From Mobula hypostoma (lineage: Eukaryota): a DNA stretch of 64,000 nt. The translations under genes were made by a program, and so were the position numbers. Where the stretch lies: contig NC_086118.1 in assembly GCF_963921235.1 (NCBI RefSeq), forward strand, positions 29,266,001-29,330,000, written 5' to 3'. Of the stretch, positions 1 through 12,470 are shown one piece after another. A model generated the notes under the pieces. That model was not told the DNA's origin. It was given only the letters and a program-made list of their open reading frames with translations, and did not search any database. How positions within the stretch are numbered: the stretch's first letter is position 1; every line of letters begins with the position of its first letter.

Positions 1-840
1 TTCTTTTGCTTGACTGAATTGCAGGTTGTAGCACAGCTTCATATATGCACATGATATTACTACTGACTTTAATTTAGACCCACCTAATATTTCATAACTT
101 AAAAATAATTTTAATACACTTTATGATATTAACCTTAATTTTATGAAAGGGTTCATCTTGTGTAATGCTACTGAGAGAATTAAAATCCATTCAAGGGGTA
201 TTGCCATCCCTCGTAATGCTGGCATTTAATGCCCATGCCTAATTGCCTCTAAGGCAGTTGAGAGGGCCCGGGAACAGTAATTACAAGATGGAGTGCAAAG
301 AATGTAATTCGGAAGTTGTAGTGTACCCTTAGAAACAATAAAGAGGAGAAAATTCTGAATAGTGAACCTGGGGGGGTGTGGGGGGTTGTATTTGATATTC
401 AGAATAATATTAAGAAGTCATGCTATCAGTGACCAATGTTTTTAGAGAAGGGTGCCACATAGTTGTGGTTGAATGGACATGGGTTGACTTGGAGCAATGT
501 TCCATGTAATCCTCCTTGCCAAAAAAAGTGTTTTGGTTTGGAATAGAATTATTTATTTGAGTAGGTTTTTTCTTGGTGCTGCATATTGTGCTCTCTTTGC
601 TTGTTAATCATCTTTGGCTATTTTGCTCTGATGGGTAGAGATCTTTTTCTTTTGTGATAAGCATATTCTACATACTAATTTTTGGAGAAAAGTTACAAGA
701 ATCTCTGCCACTGCCCCAGAATTCACCTCCCAGAATTTACCCTAGATACTCCTAATTGGACCCCAGGTATTTATCCATCTTCATGCATTTCAAGACCTCC
801 AACACCACCACCTTCATAATGTTGATATATTCCAGAATAG

Positions 841-1150
841 TGTGGGCATGTAGCCAAATGGTTAAGGTTTTCGACTAGTGATCTGAAGGTCGTGAGTTCG
901 AGCCCCAGTCGAGGCAGTGTGTTGTGTCCTTGAGCAAGGTACTTAATCACATAGTGCTCTGCGATGACACTGGCGCCAAGCTGTATGGGTCCTAATGCCC
1001 TTCCCTTGGACAACATTGGTGTCGTGGAGAGGGGAGACTTGCAGCATGGGCAACTGCCAGTCTTCTACACAACCTTGCCCAGGCCTGCGCCCTGGAGAGA
1101 AGACTTTCCAGGCGCAGGTCCATGGTCTCGCAAGACTAACAGATGCCCTT
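841..1150 (+). mobile_element. tRNA-derived SINE with a CORE-like domain
   Basis: Pol III A-box TAGCCAAATGG (851-861) and B-box GAGTTCGAGCC (~894-904), followed by TGTGTCCTTGAGCAAGGTACTTAA resembling the CORE-SINE domain; boundaries approximate. Confidence 0.7.
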
Positions 1151-1825
1151 ATTCATTTATTCCAGAATATCCCTGTTCCCTTCCCTGAACTCGATTCTTG
1201 TTAAATATAGACAAGAACTGTTCATTTAAATTCTCGCCCATGCTCCACATGTTGATTGCCATGTTGATTTTTTAAGGAGACTTGCTCTCTTCTTCTACGT
1301 ATTATTTTGCTGTTAACATACTTAAGGAATCTTTTGGGCATCTTTTATCTATCTACCAGAAATATTTCATGATTGCCTTTTGCCCTCCTAATTTCCTTGT
1401 GTACTCCTACACTCCTTAAACTCTACAAAGGACTTGTTTGCTCCAAGCTATCTATCCTAATAGGACATGTCTCCTTTTTCTTGACCACACCAATAATAAC
1501 CTTTCTCAATCAGGGTTTCCTAATTTTGCCATTCTTGTGCTTCAATTTAACAGAAATGTGGTAGCCCTGAGCTCTTTTTATCTTACTATTGAAAGCTTCC
1601 TTGCTAGACATTTCTTTACTTGCAAAATGCCCCTTTGTCAACTTCCCATCAGCTGGCATGGAACTTGGCCTCACTTCCCCAATTTAGGATGCTAATGAAG
1701 ACTAGTCCTACCATTTGCTATGACTATCATGAAGTTAATAGAAACTAATGAAGTTTGTAAATATGTTATAATAAACTGTTTCGTATAATTGAAATATGCT
1801 TAACAGAAAATGTAAACATAAGGGG

Positions 1826-1975
1826 CAGCACTCACAACATGTTGGAGGAACTCAGCAGGTCAGGCAGCATCCGTGGAAACGATCAGTCAACATTTCGGGC
1901 CAGAACCCTTCGTCAGGACTGAAGAGGGAAGGAGCGGAGGCCAGAAAAAGGTGGGGGGAGGGTGGGGCAGTGGAA
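1826..1975 (-). mobile_element. Penelope-like element 3' (pLTR) fragment, solo, with hammerhead motif at 1884-1921
   Basis: Homologous to the 3' end of the RT/GIY-YIG element at 48708-50780; the reverse complement reads CAGTC-CTGACGA-A-GGGT-TCTG-GCCC-GAAAT-GTT-GACTG. Confidence 0.75.
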
Positions 1976-3399
1976 ATTGATTAAAAATGCAGGTTTTTTT
2001 ACATCCTTTTCTGTATGTCGGTTGTAAGGAATTCACTGTTTCACATTTTTTATTTTCATGATTCTTGAATTTTTAATGACTTATCTGCGTACATTTCCTC
2101 TATGCCTGAAAAGCCCTCAGTGCACAAGGCAGCAATAACATAAACTGCATATGGTCCTGAGTTAATTTAGCTTGTTAAATGGCTTTTGACGCAACATGAC
2201 ACCTTCTGACACTCAGTGACAATAAAAGGATAATATATGGGTATCCTACGCAGTAGTAACTGTTAGGATTGTTTTGTAGTGCCCATTGCTGTTAAAGTAG
2301 TTTGTGTTGGTACGTGTTGGATGCAATACAGTATTTGGGTGCAGTAAATTATTTTGCTAAGAAATACATACCAAATGGTTTGCATTCTTTTGATAAGAAG
2401 TTGGCTGACAGTTTGCTCTGTATTTTAAGTAACTGTGCTGAGAAATATTGTAGGCTTGGCTAGAAGTCAGATTTGACAGCCCGGAACTTTAAACTATAAA
2501 TTAAAAAGTGTTCCAAGTATCTGATATGTACTTTTCAAGCTATTGTTTTTACCATGAGAATTAAGTAACAGTCTGCAGATTGAGACCAGCCATGCTCAAA
2601 AATAGAATGCAAAGAGGCATCAGTTTGCATTTATCTATTTGAAAATGGCGAATGAGGCCTGAAGGACAGGTGTTCTGACTTGCTTGTGAGATTTTCATTA
2701 GCCTTCCGCATGGTGAACAGCAAGTTGCCAAACCTGCAGACAAAGGCTCAAATAACTTTTTTTTAAAATTTGGATGAATTAAACTGATTAAATGAAAACT
2801 ACACATTTCATGAGCCATCACTCAACATACTTCTGTATAAATACTTGTAAGTATTCATTATGATTAGGTCAGCATTTAATGTCTCTTCTACTAACTGCCC
2901 TTTTAGGGCAACAAACTTGGTAGATCTAGTATCTCACATAGCTCAGAGTGAACAAGGGTGGCAGCTTTCTTGGCATTTCATGACCATTATTTATTGCAAC
3001 CTTTTATCTTCTGTTTTTAAACCTATGGGTTAGAAGTCAAAAATTAATTGTTTTTGTGCAGTTGGGTATTTAGTGTGTGCATTTGATTCTGTTAAGACAT
3101 GCTGCAGAAACACCACATGCTACCAGCACACCTTTGTATTTGGTTATTGCTGATTGTGACTTGAAGCAAACTGCTTTAACAAGAGTAAGCAATTTCACTA
3201 CTTGTCTCTAAAGCAGAAACTAGGTATAGGTCCTCCCCAGGTTATGCGAAGGTTCTGAACTTGTAAACTGTTCATAACCTGAACATTTTGCAATTTCCAC
3301 ATGCAGTAACATAAGTTCCCACTCAAATGATTGTTTATTGAGTCAGTGTGGGTAGAAGTCAGAAACAGAAAGTAGCAATCACTGTTTTGGGAGTATTCT

Positions 3400-4880
3400 G
3401 TAAGCCCTCCAATAATAACAGACACTAAGGAGCAGATCAATTGGCAGATTTTGGAAAGGTGCAAAATTAACAGGGTAGTTATTAATGGGAACTTCAATTT
3501 CCTTGGTGACCGGTACCTCCTTATTGCAGAAGGTTTAGATGGGAAAGGACTTGAGTCCAGCAGGATTCATGACACTATGCAGAGAGATGCAATACAGGAT
3601 CTAGTACCAGGCTATGAACCTAGTCAGGTGACTCGTCTCTTGGTGATTAAGTGTTTTGGAGACAGTGATCAGAACTCTCAGATCTTCAGTGTGGCCTTGG
3701 ACAAGGATAGGAGCAGACACTGTGGAGAAGGCATTTCATTAAGGGAGGGCTAGTTATGCTATTAGGAAGGAACTTGAGAGCGTAAGTTGGGAACAGATGC
3801 TCTCAGAACTGTACAGCAAATACTGTATAGAGGTTTTTTAGGGAACATTTGCACTGAGTTCTGGATAGGCTTGTCCGATTCAGGCAGGGAAAGGATGGTA
3901 GGCTGAAGGAACCTCGGATAACGAGAGGTGGAACATTTAATAACATTTAATTATTGCTCCTATATCTTATGGTCTAAGAAAGAACCATACTTGGGGTTTA
4001 GGAAGCAAAGAAAAAGACAGGGCTCTTGAGAGTGGTAAGGTAGCCAGGAAAGAGTTTAAGAAGAAACTTGGGGCTTAAAGGGGACATTAGAAGGCCTTTG
4101 GATAGGATTAGGAAAAACACAAAGAGTTTTATAGGTACATGAAGAACAGAAGGATGACTAGAGTAAGTGTAGGACCTCCCGGGTATAAAAGAATCCACAG
4201 ATGGGATGTGTATGGATTGTAGTAAGGCACTTGATAATGTTACCCCATGGGATCAGGGAAATGGAATTGGCTTGCCCACAGCAGGGAGATGGTGGTAATA
4301 GATGGAGCATTTCCTGCCTGGGGACCTGTGAGCAGTGGTGTTCTATAGGGACCTGAACCCTTACTCCGTGATTGTTTTCTAAATGACTTAGATGAGGAAG
4401 TGGATGAGTGGATTAGTAAATCTGCAGATGACAGAAGGCTGATGGTGCTGTGGATTGTGTAGAAGGTTGTTGTACATTACAATGGGACACAGGATGTAGA
4501 ACTGGCCTGAGAAGTGGCGGATGAAGTTAAATATGAAAAAGTATGAAGGTCACACAATGGCAGTGCACAACATTAATGGCAGGATTCTTAGAAGAGTGGA
4601 GGAACTGAAGGATCTTGGGATCCAAGTTTATAGATCCTTTAAAGTTGCAGCTTAAGTTGACAGGGTGGTTAAGAAGGCATTCGGTATGTTGGTTTCTGTT
4701 AGTCAGGGAACTGAGTTCAAGAGCCATGAAGTAATGCTGCAGCTCTCTAAAGCCCTGGTTAAACCACAGTTGGAGTGTTGTGTTCAATTCTGGTTGCCTT
4801 GTTTTAGGAAGGATGTGGAAGCTTTAGAATGCAAAGGAGATTTACCAGGATACTGCCAGATTAGAGAGCACGTCCTATGG
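3400..4880 (+). mobile_element. Degenerate CR1 LINE ORF2 fragments
   Basis: Peptides VVINGNFNF and MLQLSKALVKPQLECCVQFWLP, and DNA similar to KFADD; homologous to the younger CR1 at 42162-44620. Confidence 0.8.
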
Positions 4881-4884
4881 GGGG

Positions 4885-7400
4885 AAGTTCAAAGTAAATT
4901 TATGATCAGTGTACATAAGTCACCAAACACATCCCTAAGATTTCTTGCAGGCTTCCTCAGTAGATCCAAGATGCTCAATAAAATCAATGAAGGACTGCAC
5001 CCAACAGGATGGACAAATAACCAGTGTGCAAAAAAAAAATAAACTGCAAATACAAGAGGGGAAAAAAATCATAAATATCAAGAACATGAAATGAAGAGCC
5101 CTTGAAAATGAGTCCATAGGTTGTGGGAATAGTTCAGTGATGGGGTGAGTGAAGTCATCCCCTCTGGGTCAAAAGTCTGATGGTTGATGGGTAATAAACT
5201 GGACTGGTCAAAGAACACTGAGGCTGTCTACAAGAAGGGTCAGAGCTGTCTTTATTTCCTCAGGAGACTGAGGTCCTTTAACATCTGCCGGACGATGCTG
5301 AGGATGTTCTACGAGTCTGTGGTGGCCAATGCTATCATGTTTGCTGTTGTGTTCTGGAGCAGCAGGCTGAGGGTAGCAGACACCAACAGAATCAACAGAT
5401 TCATTCATAAGGCCAGTGATGTTGTGGGGATGGAACTGGACTCTCTGACGGTGGTGTCTGAAAAGAGGATGCTGTCCAGGTTGCATGCCATCTTGGACAA
5501 TGTCTCCCATCCACTACATACTGTACTGGGTGGGCACAGGAGTACATTCAGCCAGAGACTCATTCCACCGAGATGCAACATAGAGCGTCATAGGAAGTCA
5601 TTCCTGCCTGTGGCCATCAAACTTTACAACTCCCTTGGAGGGTCAGACACCCTGAGCCAATAGGCTGGTCCTGGACTTACTTCATAATTTACTGGCATAA
5701 TTTACATATTACTATTTAACTATTTATGGTTTTATTACTGTTTATTATTTATGGTGCAACTGTAATGAAAACCAATTGCCCCCCAGGATCAATAAAGTAT
5801 GACTATCTATCTATCTAGCTAATTGTCCCTGAACATGCTGGTGTGGGTCCTGTGGCTCCTGTACCAGCTTCCTGATGGCAGTAGTGAAAAGAGAAAATGG
5901 CCTGGATGGTGAGGGTCCTTAATAATGGATGCTGTTTTCAGTGCTCCTTGTTGATGTGCTCAATGGTGGGAGAAGGCTTTACCTGTGATGGACTGGCCCT
6001 AATCCACTACTTTTTGTAGGATTTTTCACTTATGAGCTTGTTTCCATATCAGGCATAATGCAGTTGGTCAGCATACTTTCCAGCACACATTTATAGAAGC
6101 TTGTCAAAACTTTAAATGCCATGCCGAATCTTTGGAAACTTCTGAGGAAGTAGTGGTGCAATGTGCTTTCTTTATAATTGTACATACTTGCTGGGTCCAG
6201 GATAGATCCTCTGAACCCCAACCCCCCAGTAAAGGAAAGTTGGGGACCGAGATGATGATGACGTGGGCCAAAAACAAAGTGGCAGGGTAAAGTGATACTG
6301 CATCTCCAGTACGAGATCCACAAACACTAGAGGGATATTTTGCCCACTGCCCGCATACTCGCATCCTAACCCTAACCCTCACCCTCTGATTCCTCTGATG
6401 AGAACTGGCTCATAGACCTCTGGTTTCCTCCTCATGAAGTCAATCATCAGCTCCTTGATCTTACTGATTTTTGAGTGAGAGGTTGTTGTGGCACCACTCA
6501 GCCAAGTTTTCAGTCTTCCTCCTCTAAGCTGATTCATCACATTTGATTTGGCCAATGACAGTCATGTTGTCAGCAAACTTAAATATGGTATTGGAGCTAT
6601 GGGTACCCTCACATTCATAATTATAAATAAGTAGAACGGGGTTAAGCGCACAGCCTTGTGGTGCACGTGTGCTGAGGGAGATTGTGGAGGAAATGTTACA
6701 AATCTGAACTGATTGGGGTCTGCAAGTGAAGAAATTGAGGATTCAATTACAAAGGGAGATATTGAGGGCACGATTTGAAGCTTATTGATGTTTTGAGGGT
6801 TTGCTAGTGTTGAATGCTGAGCTGTAGTCTATAAAGAGCATCCTAATGTGTGCATCTTTGCTGTCCAGACAATCCAGAGTTGAGTGAAGAGCCAGTGAAA
6901 TGGTACCTGTTAAGCTGGTAGTCAAATTGGAGCTGAAGTTGCTTCTCAGGCAGGAGTTGATATGTTTCATCGCCATTCTATCAAAGCACTTCATTTCAGT
7001 GGATGTAAGTGCTATTGGATGATAGTCTTTGAAGCAGGTTCTTGGGCACCGGTATAATTGAAGCCTGCTTGAAGCAGGTGGATACCTGAGACAGCCGAAG
7101 CGAGAGGTTAAAGATATCAGTGAACGCTACAGCCAGTTGATCGGCACAGTCCTTAGTACTTGGCCAGGTAGATGCTTTCCTTGGGTTCACTCTCCTGTCC
7201 TGAAGGATGCTGTCACATCTGCCTCAGAGACTGAAATCACAGGGTCATCAGGGCCAGTGGGAATTTGTGCAGGTTCCTCCGTGCTTTGACAGTCAGAGCG
7301 ACCATAGAAGACATTGAGCTCAGCTGGGTGCGAAGCCTTGCCACCTATGTTGCTTGGTTTCTCTTTATAAGAGGTAATAACGAGCATCCCCCAGTGACTC
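4885..7400 (-). mobile_element. Degenerate Rex1/Babar-type LINE, interrupted by a younger LINE fragment
   Basis: Minus-strand peptides DQLAVAFTDIFNLSL, CFKQASIIPVPK and IRMLFIDYSSAFNT (RT domain); many frameshifts. Confidence 0.75.
5190..5816 (+). mobile_element. Young, 5'-truncated Rex1/Babar-type LINE 3' end nested in the older element
   Basis: Open frame NKLDWSKNTEAVYKKGQSCLYFLRRLRSFN...RKSFLPVAIKLYN, then AATAAA and a (ctat)n tail. Confidence 0.8.
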
Positions 7401-7429
7401 AAGTTTGGTCCGCAATTGCAAATTCACAT

Positions 7430-7562
7430 GTAAACAAGAGAAAATCTGCAGATGCTAGAAATCCGAGCAACACACAAAATGCTGGAGGAACTCAGCAGAC
7501 CAGGCAGCATCTATGGAAAAATGTACAGTTGATGTTTTGGGCCAAAACCTTTCAGCAGGACT
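7430..7562 (-). mobile_element. Penelope-like 3' end fragment, solo, with a degenerate hammerhead
   Basis: Contains aaatctgcagatgctagaaat...aacacacaaaatgctggaggaactcagcag, shared with the other copies. Confidence 0.75.
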
Positions 7563-7564
7563 AC

Positions 7565-7965
7565 AAGATGGCTTCCTTGAGAAAGGGTGAGCGAGTTAGG
7601 GCTCTTTTTGGAGTGAAGGAGGAGAAGGGCATCTTGATAGAGATGTGTATGATGATGTGAGGCATCGATAGAGTGGATTGTCAGTTCTTTTTCCCCATCG
7701 TGGCAAAGGCTAATACAAGAGGACAAATTTTTAGGTTATTAGAGGAAAGTTTAAGGGGATGTCGGAGGTGTTTTTTTTAACGGCAGTAAATGCAGGTGGT
7801 AGAGACAGATACATTAGGGACTTTTAGGAGATAAGTAGGCACATAGATGAAAGGAAAATAGAGGGCTGTGTGGGAGGAAGAGAATAGATTGATCTTGAAG
7901 TAGGTTAAAAGTTTGGCACAACATTGTGGGCCAAAGGACCCCTATACTGTGCCTTATTCCTCTTT
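7565..7965 (+). mobile_element. CR1 LINE 3' end fragment
   Basis: Similar to the ORF2 C-terminus and 3'UTR of the CR1 at 42162-42700 (opposite strand). Confidence 0.65.
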
Positions 7966-10077
7966 CTGTTGAATGGAAAAAAGGGTAATAAGTTTGTTGA
8001 AATAATATTCTTTGCGAAAGTAAGGTGTGGAAAAGATTGAGCCTGCTGCAGTTGAACTGCTACAGGTTAAATGAAACAGTTGAACAAGCCAGGTGAATGA
8101 TATAGGAAAATGAAATGAATCGCTTTGGAATGAAGAGTTGAACAGCCATGTTTAAATGATACCAAAGATGTACAAAAAGGAGAAACTTGGTTTTTAAAAA
8201 AAAATATACAGAAAGTGAATATGCATCGAAGAGTAATGAATTCATGTCATTGTTTAGGCTTTGTTGAGATAACATACAGTTGGCTGCACCATGAGGAAGA
8301 TTTGCCTTCAAGTTAGTGCAATGGTTATTTGGTAGATTCAATATTTTAATTATTATATGAGGAGAGGCAAATTGGTTCAGCTTTTAATTTGGACAAATAA
8401 GCACTGATCTCATTTGAAGAATAAAGGATTTTAAATAGATTTGAAGGTCATAGTGTCAGTTCAGTCTCAAGATGAGGACTAGTTGTATTGATAGTAGCAA
8501 AAATTTATTTGATTATTAACCTTATGAATTCTGTTTTTTTAAGTTGGCCGTTGACATTTGAAGTTAATTCAAGACACTTACAGACTTTTTGATTTTATAG
8601 AAATTGGGTAAAAAAGTGGATTTGTTGTTCATGTTCAATCCTGATCTCTTTATAGACGAGCTTCCTCATGGGACCATTAGACCCATTATTTGAATTTGAT
8701 TTATTTGTTAATTGACATGAGGGAAGTCAGGAGGGCAAAAAGGGGGCATGCAAAAGCACTTAAGGTAAAGGAGAATCCAAAGGGATTCTATATTATGTTA
8801 AGAGCAGAAGGCTAACTAGGGAGATAGTAGGACTCCTTAACCATTATTGTGATCATATGTGTGGATGGAATGAAGTGGGTGAGTTCTGAAGTGAGTATTT
8901 CTGGTCTATATTTACTATGGAGAATGTGATAGAAGCTAGAGAATTTGAGGAAGAGAATAATGGTATCTTGAAACAGATTGACATTATACATTTTACAAGA
9001 GGTGATGGCAGTCTTAAAGGTGGATACATCCTTGGGGTCTGACCAAGTGAACTAGAAAGGTGGGGTAGCAATTGTTGGACCCTTGTCAGAGATATTTTCA
9101 TCATGAACACTGGTTTGAGGTCAGAAGATAAAAGAGTGGCCAATATTGTGCCTTTTATGAAGAGCTACAAGGGCAAGTTGGTGAGACTTAATTCAGTGGT
9201 GAGAAAGTCGCTGGAGGGGATTTTGAAAGGCAGGATCTCGCTGCATTTAGAAAAAGGAGGACTAATTAGGATAGGCAACAAAGCTTTGAGTATGGGAAAT
9301 CATGTCTTACGAATTTTTTTGAAGAGGTGACAAAGACCATTGATATTGCCTACTCGTACTTTTGACAAGATCCTGCGTGGTAGTTTGGTCCAAAGGTTAG
9401 ATCACATGGAATCATGGCTAGCCAATAGAATACAAAATTGGTTTGGTGGCAGGAGTTAGCGTCGTGGAAGGCTTTTCAGACTGAAGTGCAGCAGGGGTCA
9501 GTGCTGAATCCACTGTTTTTCATCTATATTAATTTCAATTGGAAGTTTAGTGCCAGGATTGCTAAATTTGCAGATGACACTAATTGCTGTAGGTGGTTAT
9601 CTAAGATTGATGTAGATCTAGATCAACTTGGAAAGTGGGCCAAGGTTTGGTAGATGGATGTGTTGCATTTTAATAAGTTGAACTCGTACAGGATTTGTAC
9701 AGTAAATGATTGGGCCTTGGATTATTGTAGAGCTCAGCCCTAGGCATACAAAAATCACTTGATGTGGCAACTCGGGTAGATGGGATAGTGAAAAAGCATG
9801 TTGCATTCAACATTCAAAAGCCTTCAATAGTCAGGGCATTGACTACAAGAGTTGGAATGTTTTGTTACAACTGTAAAAATCCATATGCTTATATATTATT
9901 GGAAGAATGTCATTAATCTGGAAAGAGTGCAGATAAGACTCATGAGGACATTGCAGGGGCTGAAGATTGAGTTATAAGGAGAGACTAGATAGGCTGGTTC
10001 TAGTTTTTCACTGAAGTGTAGGAGGCTGAAGAGTGACCCACATTGAGGAAGTCAAAAACTAGATTTAAGGTGAGGGG

Positions 10078-10964
10078 AACACACACAAAATGCTGGTGGA
10101 ATGCAGTAGGCCAGGCAGCATCTATAGGAAGAGGTACAGTTGACGTTACGGGCCAAGACTCTTTGTCAGGACTAACTGAAAGAAGAGATAGTAAGAGGTT
10201 TGAAAGTGGGAGGGCGAGGGGGAGATCGGAAATGATAGGAGAAGATGGGGGGGGGGGAATGGAGCTAAGAACTGGAAAGTTGATTGGCAGACAGGATACC
10301 AGGCTGGAGAAGGGAGAGGATCATGGGATGGGTGGCCTAGGGAGAAAGAAAGGGGGAGGGGAGCATCAGAGGAAGATATAGTGAGAGGGACAGAGGGAGA
10401 AAAAAGAGAGAAAGGGGAAAAAATAAAAAATAATGAATAAATAAGGGATGGAGTAAGAAGGGGAGGAGGCTACCCAAATGGAATATAAGGTGTTGTTCCT
10501 CCAACCTGAGTGTGACTTCATCCTGACAGTGGAGGAGGCCATGGATGGACATCAGAATGGGATGTTTCTGTTAATGCCCCTCCTCCCCTTCTTACCCCAT
10601 CCCTTATTTATTTATTTTCTCCCCCCTTTCTCTTTTTTTTTCTTCCTCTGTCCCTCTCACTATATCTTCCTCTGATGTTCCCCTCCCCGTTTCTTTTTCC
10701 CTAGGCCTCCCGTTCCATGATCCTCTCCCTTCTCCAGCCCGGTATCCCTTTTGCCAATCAACTTTCCAGCTCTTAGCTCCATCCCTCCCCCTCCTGTCTT
10801 CTCCTATCATTTCGGATCTCCCCTCCCCCTCCCACTTTCAAATCTTTTACTATCTCTTCTTTTAGTTAGTTCTGATGAAGGGTCTCTGCCCGAAACGTCA
10901 ACTGTACTTCTTCCCATAAGATGCTGCCTGGCCTACTGCGTTCCATCAGCATTTTGTGTGTTGC
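10078..10964. mobile_element. Penelope-like insertion made of two inverted 3' ends (arms about 390 bp) with a 14-bp TSD
   Basis: 10079-~10470 is the reverse complement of ~10578-10963; TSD tttaaggtgagggg at 10064-10077 and 10965-10978; the middle encodes the endonuclease-region C-terminus MSIHGLLHCQDEVTLRLEEQHLIFHLGSL. Confidence 0.88.
10867..10904 (+). ncRNA. Minimal type I hammerhead ribozyme motif (Penelope-associated), intact core
   Basis: TAGTT-CTGATGA-A-GGGT(CTCT)GCCC-GAAAC-GTC-AACTG: helix I TAGTT/AACTG, core CUGAUGA, helix II, GAAA, and GUC triplet at 10897-10899. Activity is untested. Confidence 0.72.
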
Positions 10965-11369
10965 TTTAAGGTGAGGGGGAAAGTTTGAGGGACCCAGGGG
11001 CAGCATTTTTCAGTGTTGTGGGCATATAGAACAAGCTGCTAGAGGAAGTGGTAAAGATAGGTGCAAATACAACATTGGAAAGACATTTGGACAAGAACAT
11101 GGATGTGTAGAGGGATGTGTCAAATGCAGGCAACTTGACATCGTAGATGAATTGAGCCAAAGGGCTTGTTTCCTTGCTGTTGACTGTGACATGCTATTCA
11201 CTACCCAATACATTCATCTGGCTCCATGCACTGCAGTCAAGACCAGTTTACTGTTTTAGCATCTCTCCAATGCATGACTTTTACAAGGGAAAAGCTTGCA
11301 TGAGAATGCCATCATTTGTGAGTACAAATAAATTTTCAGTATAGGCATAATAGACAAAGCAACTATAAT

Positions 11370-12470
11370 ACGTAGGTTTATTATTGTCACGTATTCAGAT
11401 GTAGTGAAAAGCTTGCCTTGCATACTGTTCACACATATCAAATGATTACACAGTGCATTGAGGTAGGACAAGGTATAACAGTAACAATGCAGGATAAAAT
11501 ATAACAGCTACAGAGAAAATGTAGGAACGTAATAAGTTGCAAGATTAACAAGGTAGATTGTGAGGTCCATCTTCTTCTACTAGGGAACTTTTTAATAGTC
11601 TAATAACAGCAAGATAGAAGCTGCTGAGCCTGGTGGTGTGAGCTTTCAGGATTTTGTACCTTCTACCTGATGGGAGAGGGAAGAAGAGAGCATGTCTGGA
11701 GTGGATGGCGGCTCTGATTATGTTGACTGCTTTATTCAGGCAATGAGGGGTATAGACAGAATCCAAAGAGGGGAGGCTGGTTTCAGTGATGTACTGATCT
11801 GTGTCCACAACTCAGCAATTTCTCTTTTGTTCATGTGCAGAGTAGTTGCCATACCAAGCAGCTTTGCATTGATCATAGGATGTTTTCTATGGTGTATTGA
11901 TAAAAATTGTATTTATTTAAAGATGCAGTGCAGAATTGGCCCTTCGAGCAGTGCCACCCAGCAACTCCCCATTTTAACTCTAGCCTAATTGTGGGTCTGC
12001 TTACAATAACCAATTAACCTACTAACTGGTATGTCTTTGGACTGTGAGACAGGAAACCGGAGCAGGTGGAGAAAACCCATGCCTTCCAGGAGGAGAATGT
12101 ACAAAACCCCTTGTAGAGGAACTCTGCCAATGATGTAATAGTGTCTCACTAACCACTGTGCTACCATGGTATTGGGGACACAGCACCACAGTAGCATAAG
12201 GGTTGACAGGCACATGCCAAATTTCTTCAGCCTCCTGAGGAAGTAGAGATGTTGGTGAGCTTCCTTGGTTGATCCATCAGTATAATTGGAGCAGGCAGGG
12301 TATCGGTGATGTTTGCCCCTTGGAACTTGAAGCTCTCAACCTCAACATCATTGATGTAGACAGTAACACGCTCACCGGCCACCCCCACCCCACCTTCTTG
12401 AAGTCAATGACCAGCTTTGTGGTTTAGATGACAGTGTCATGCCAACAACTTTCCCTGGATGTCACTAAAC
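11370..12470 (-). mobile_element. Rex1/Babar-type LINE 3' fragment with a nested V-SINE
   Basis: Peptide LPSLDSVY...HALFFPLPSGRRYKILKAHTTRLSSFYLAVIRLL. Confidence 0.7.
11910..12170 (-). mobile_element. V-SINE-type element
   Basis: The reverse complement contains the V-domain-like GGGTTTTCTCCACCTGCTCCGGTTTCCTGTCTCACAGTCCAAAGAC. Confidence 0.7.

Larger units (their letters stand above)
8700..11195 (+). mobile_element. Degenerate CR1 LINE split by a Penelope-like inverted insertion
   Basis: Peptides RVANIVPFMK, QGSVLNPLFFIYIN and IAKFADDT; the CR1 sequence resumes after the duplicated target site at 10965. Confidence 0.8.

Noticed and set aside
845..915. tRNA gene
   Set aside because: A and B boxes are present, but the sequence runs into a SINE body with no clean acceptor stem or Pol III terminator.
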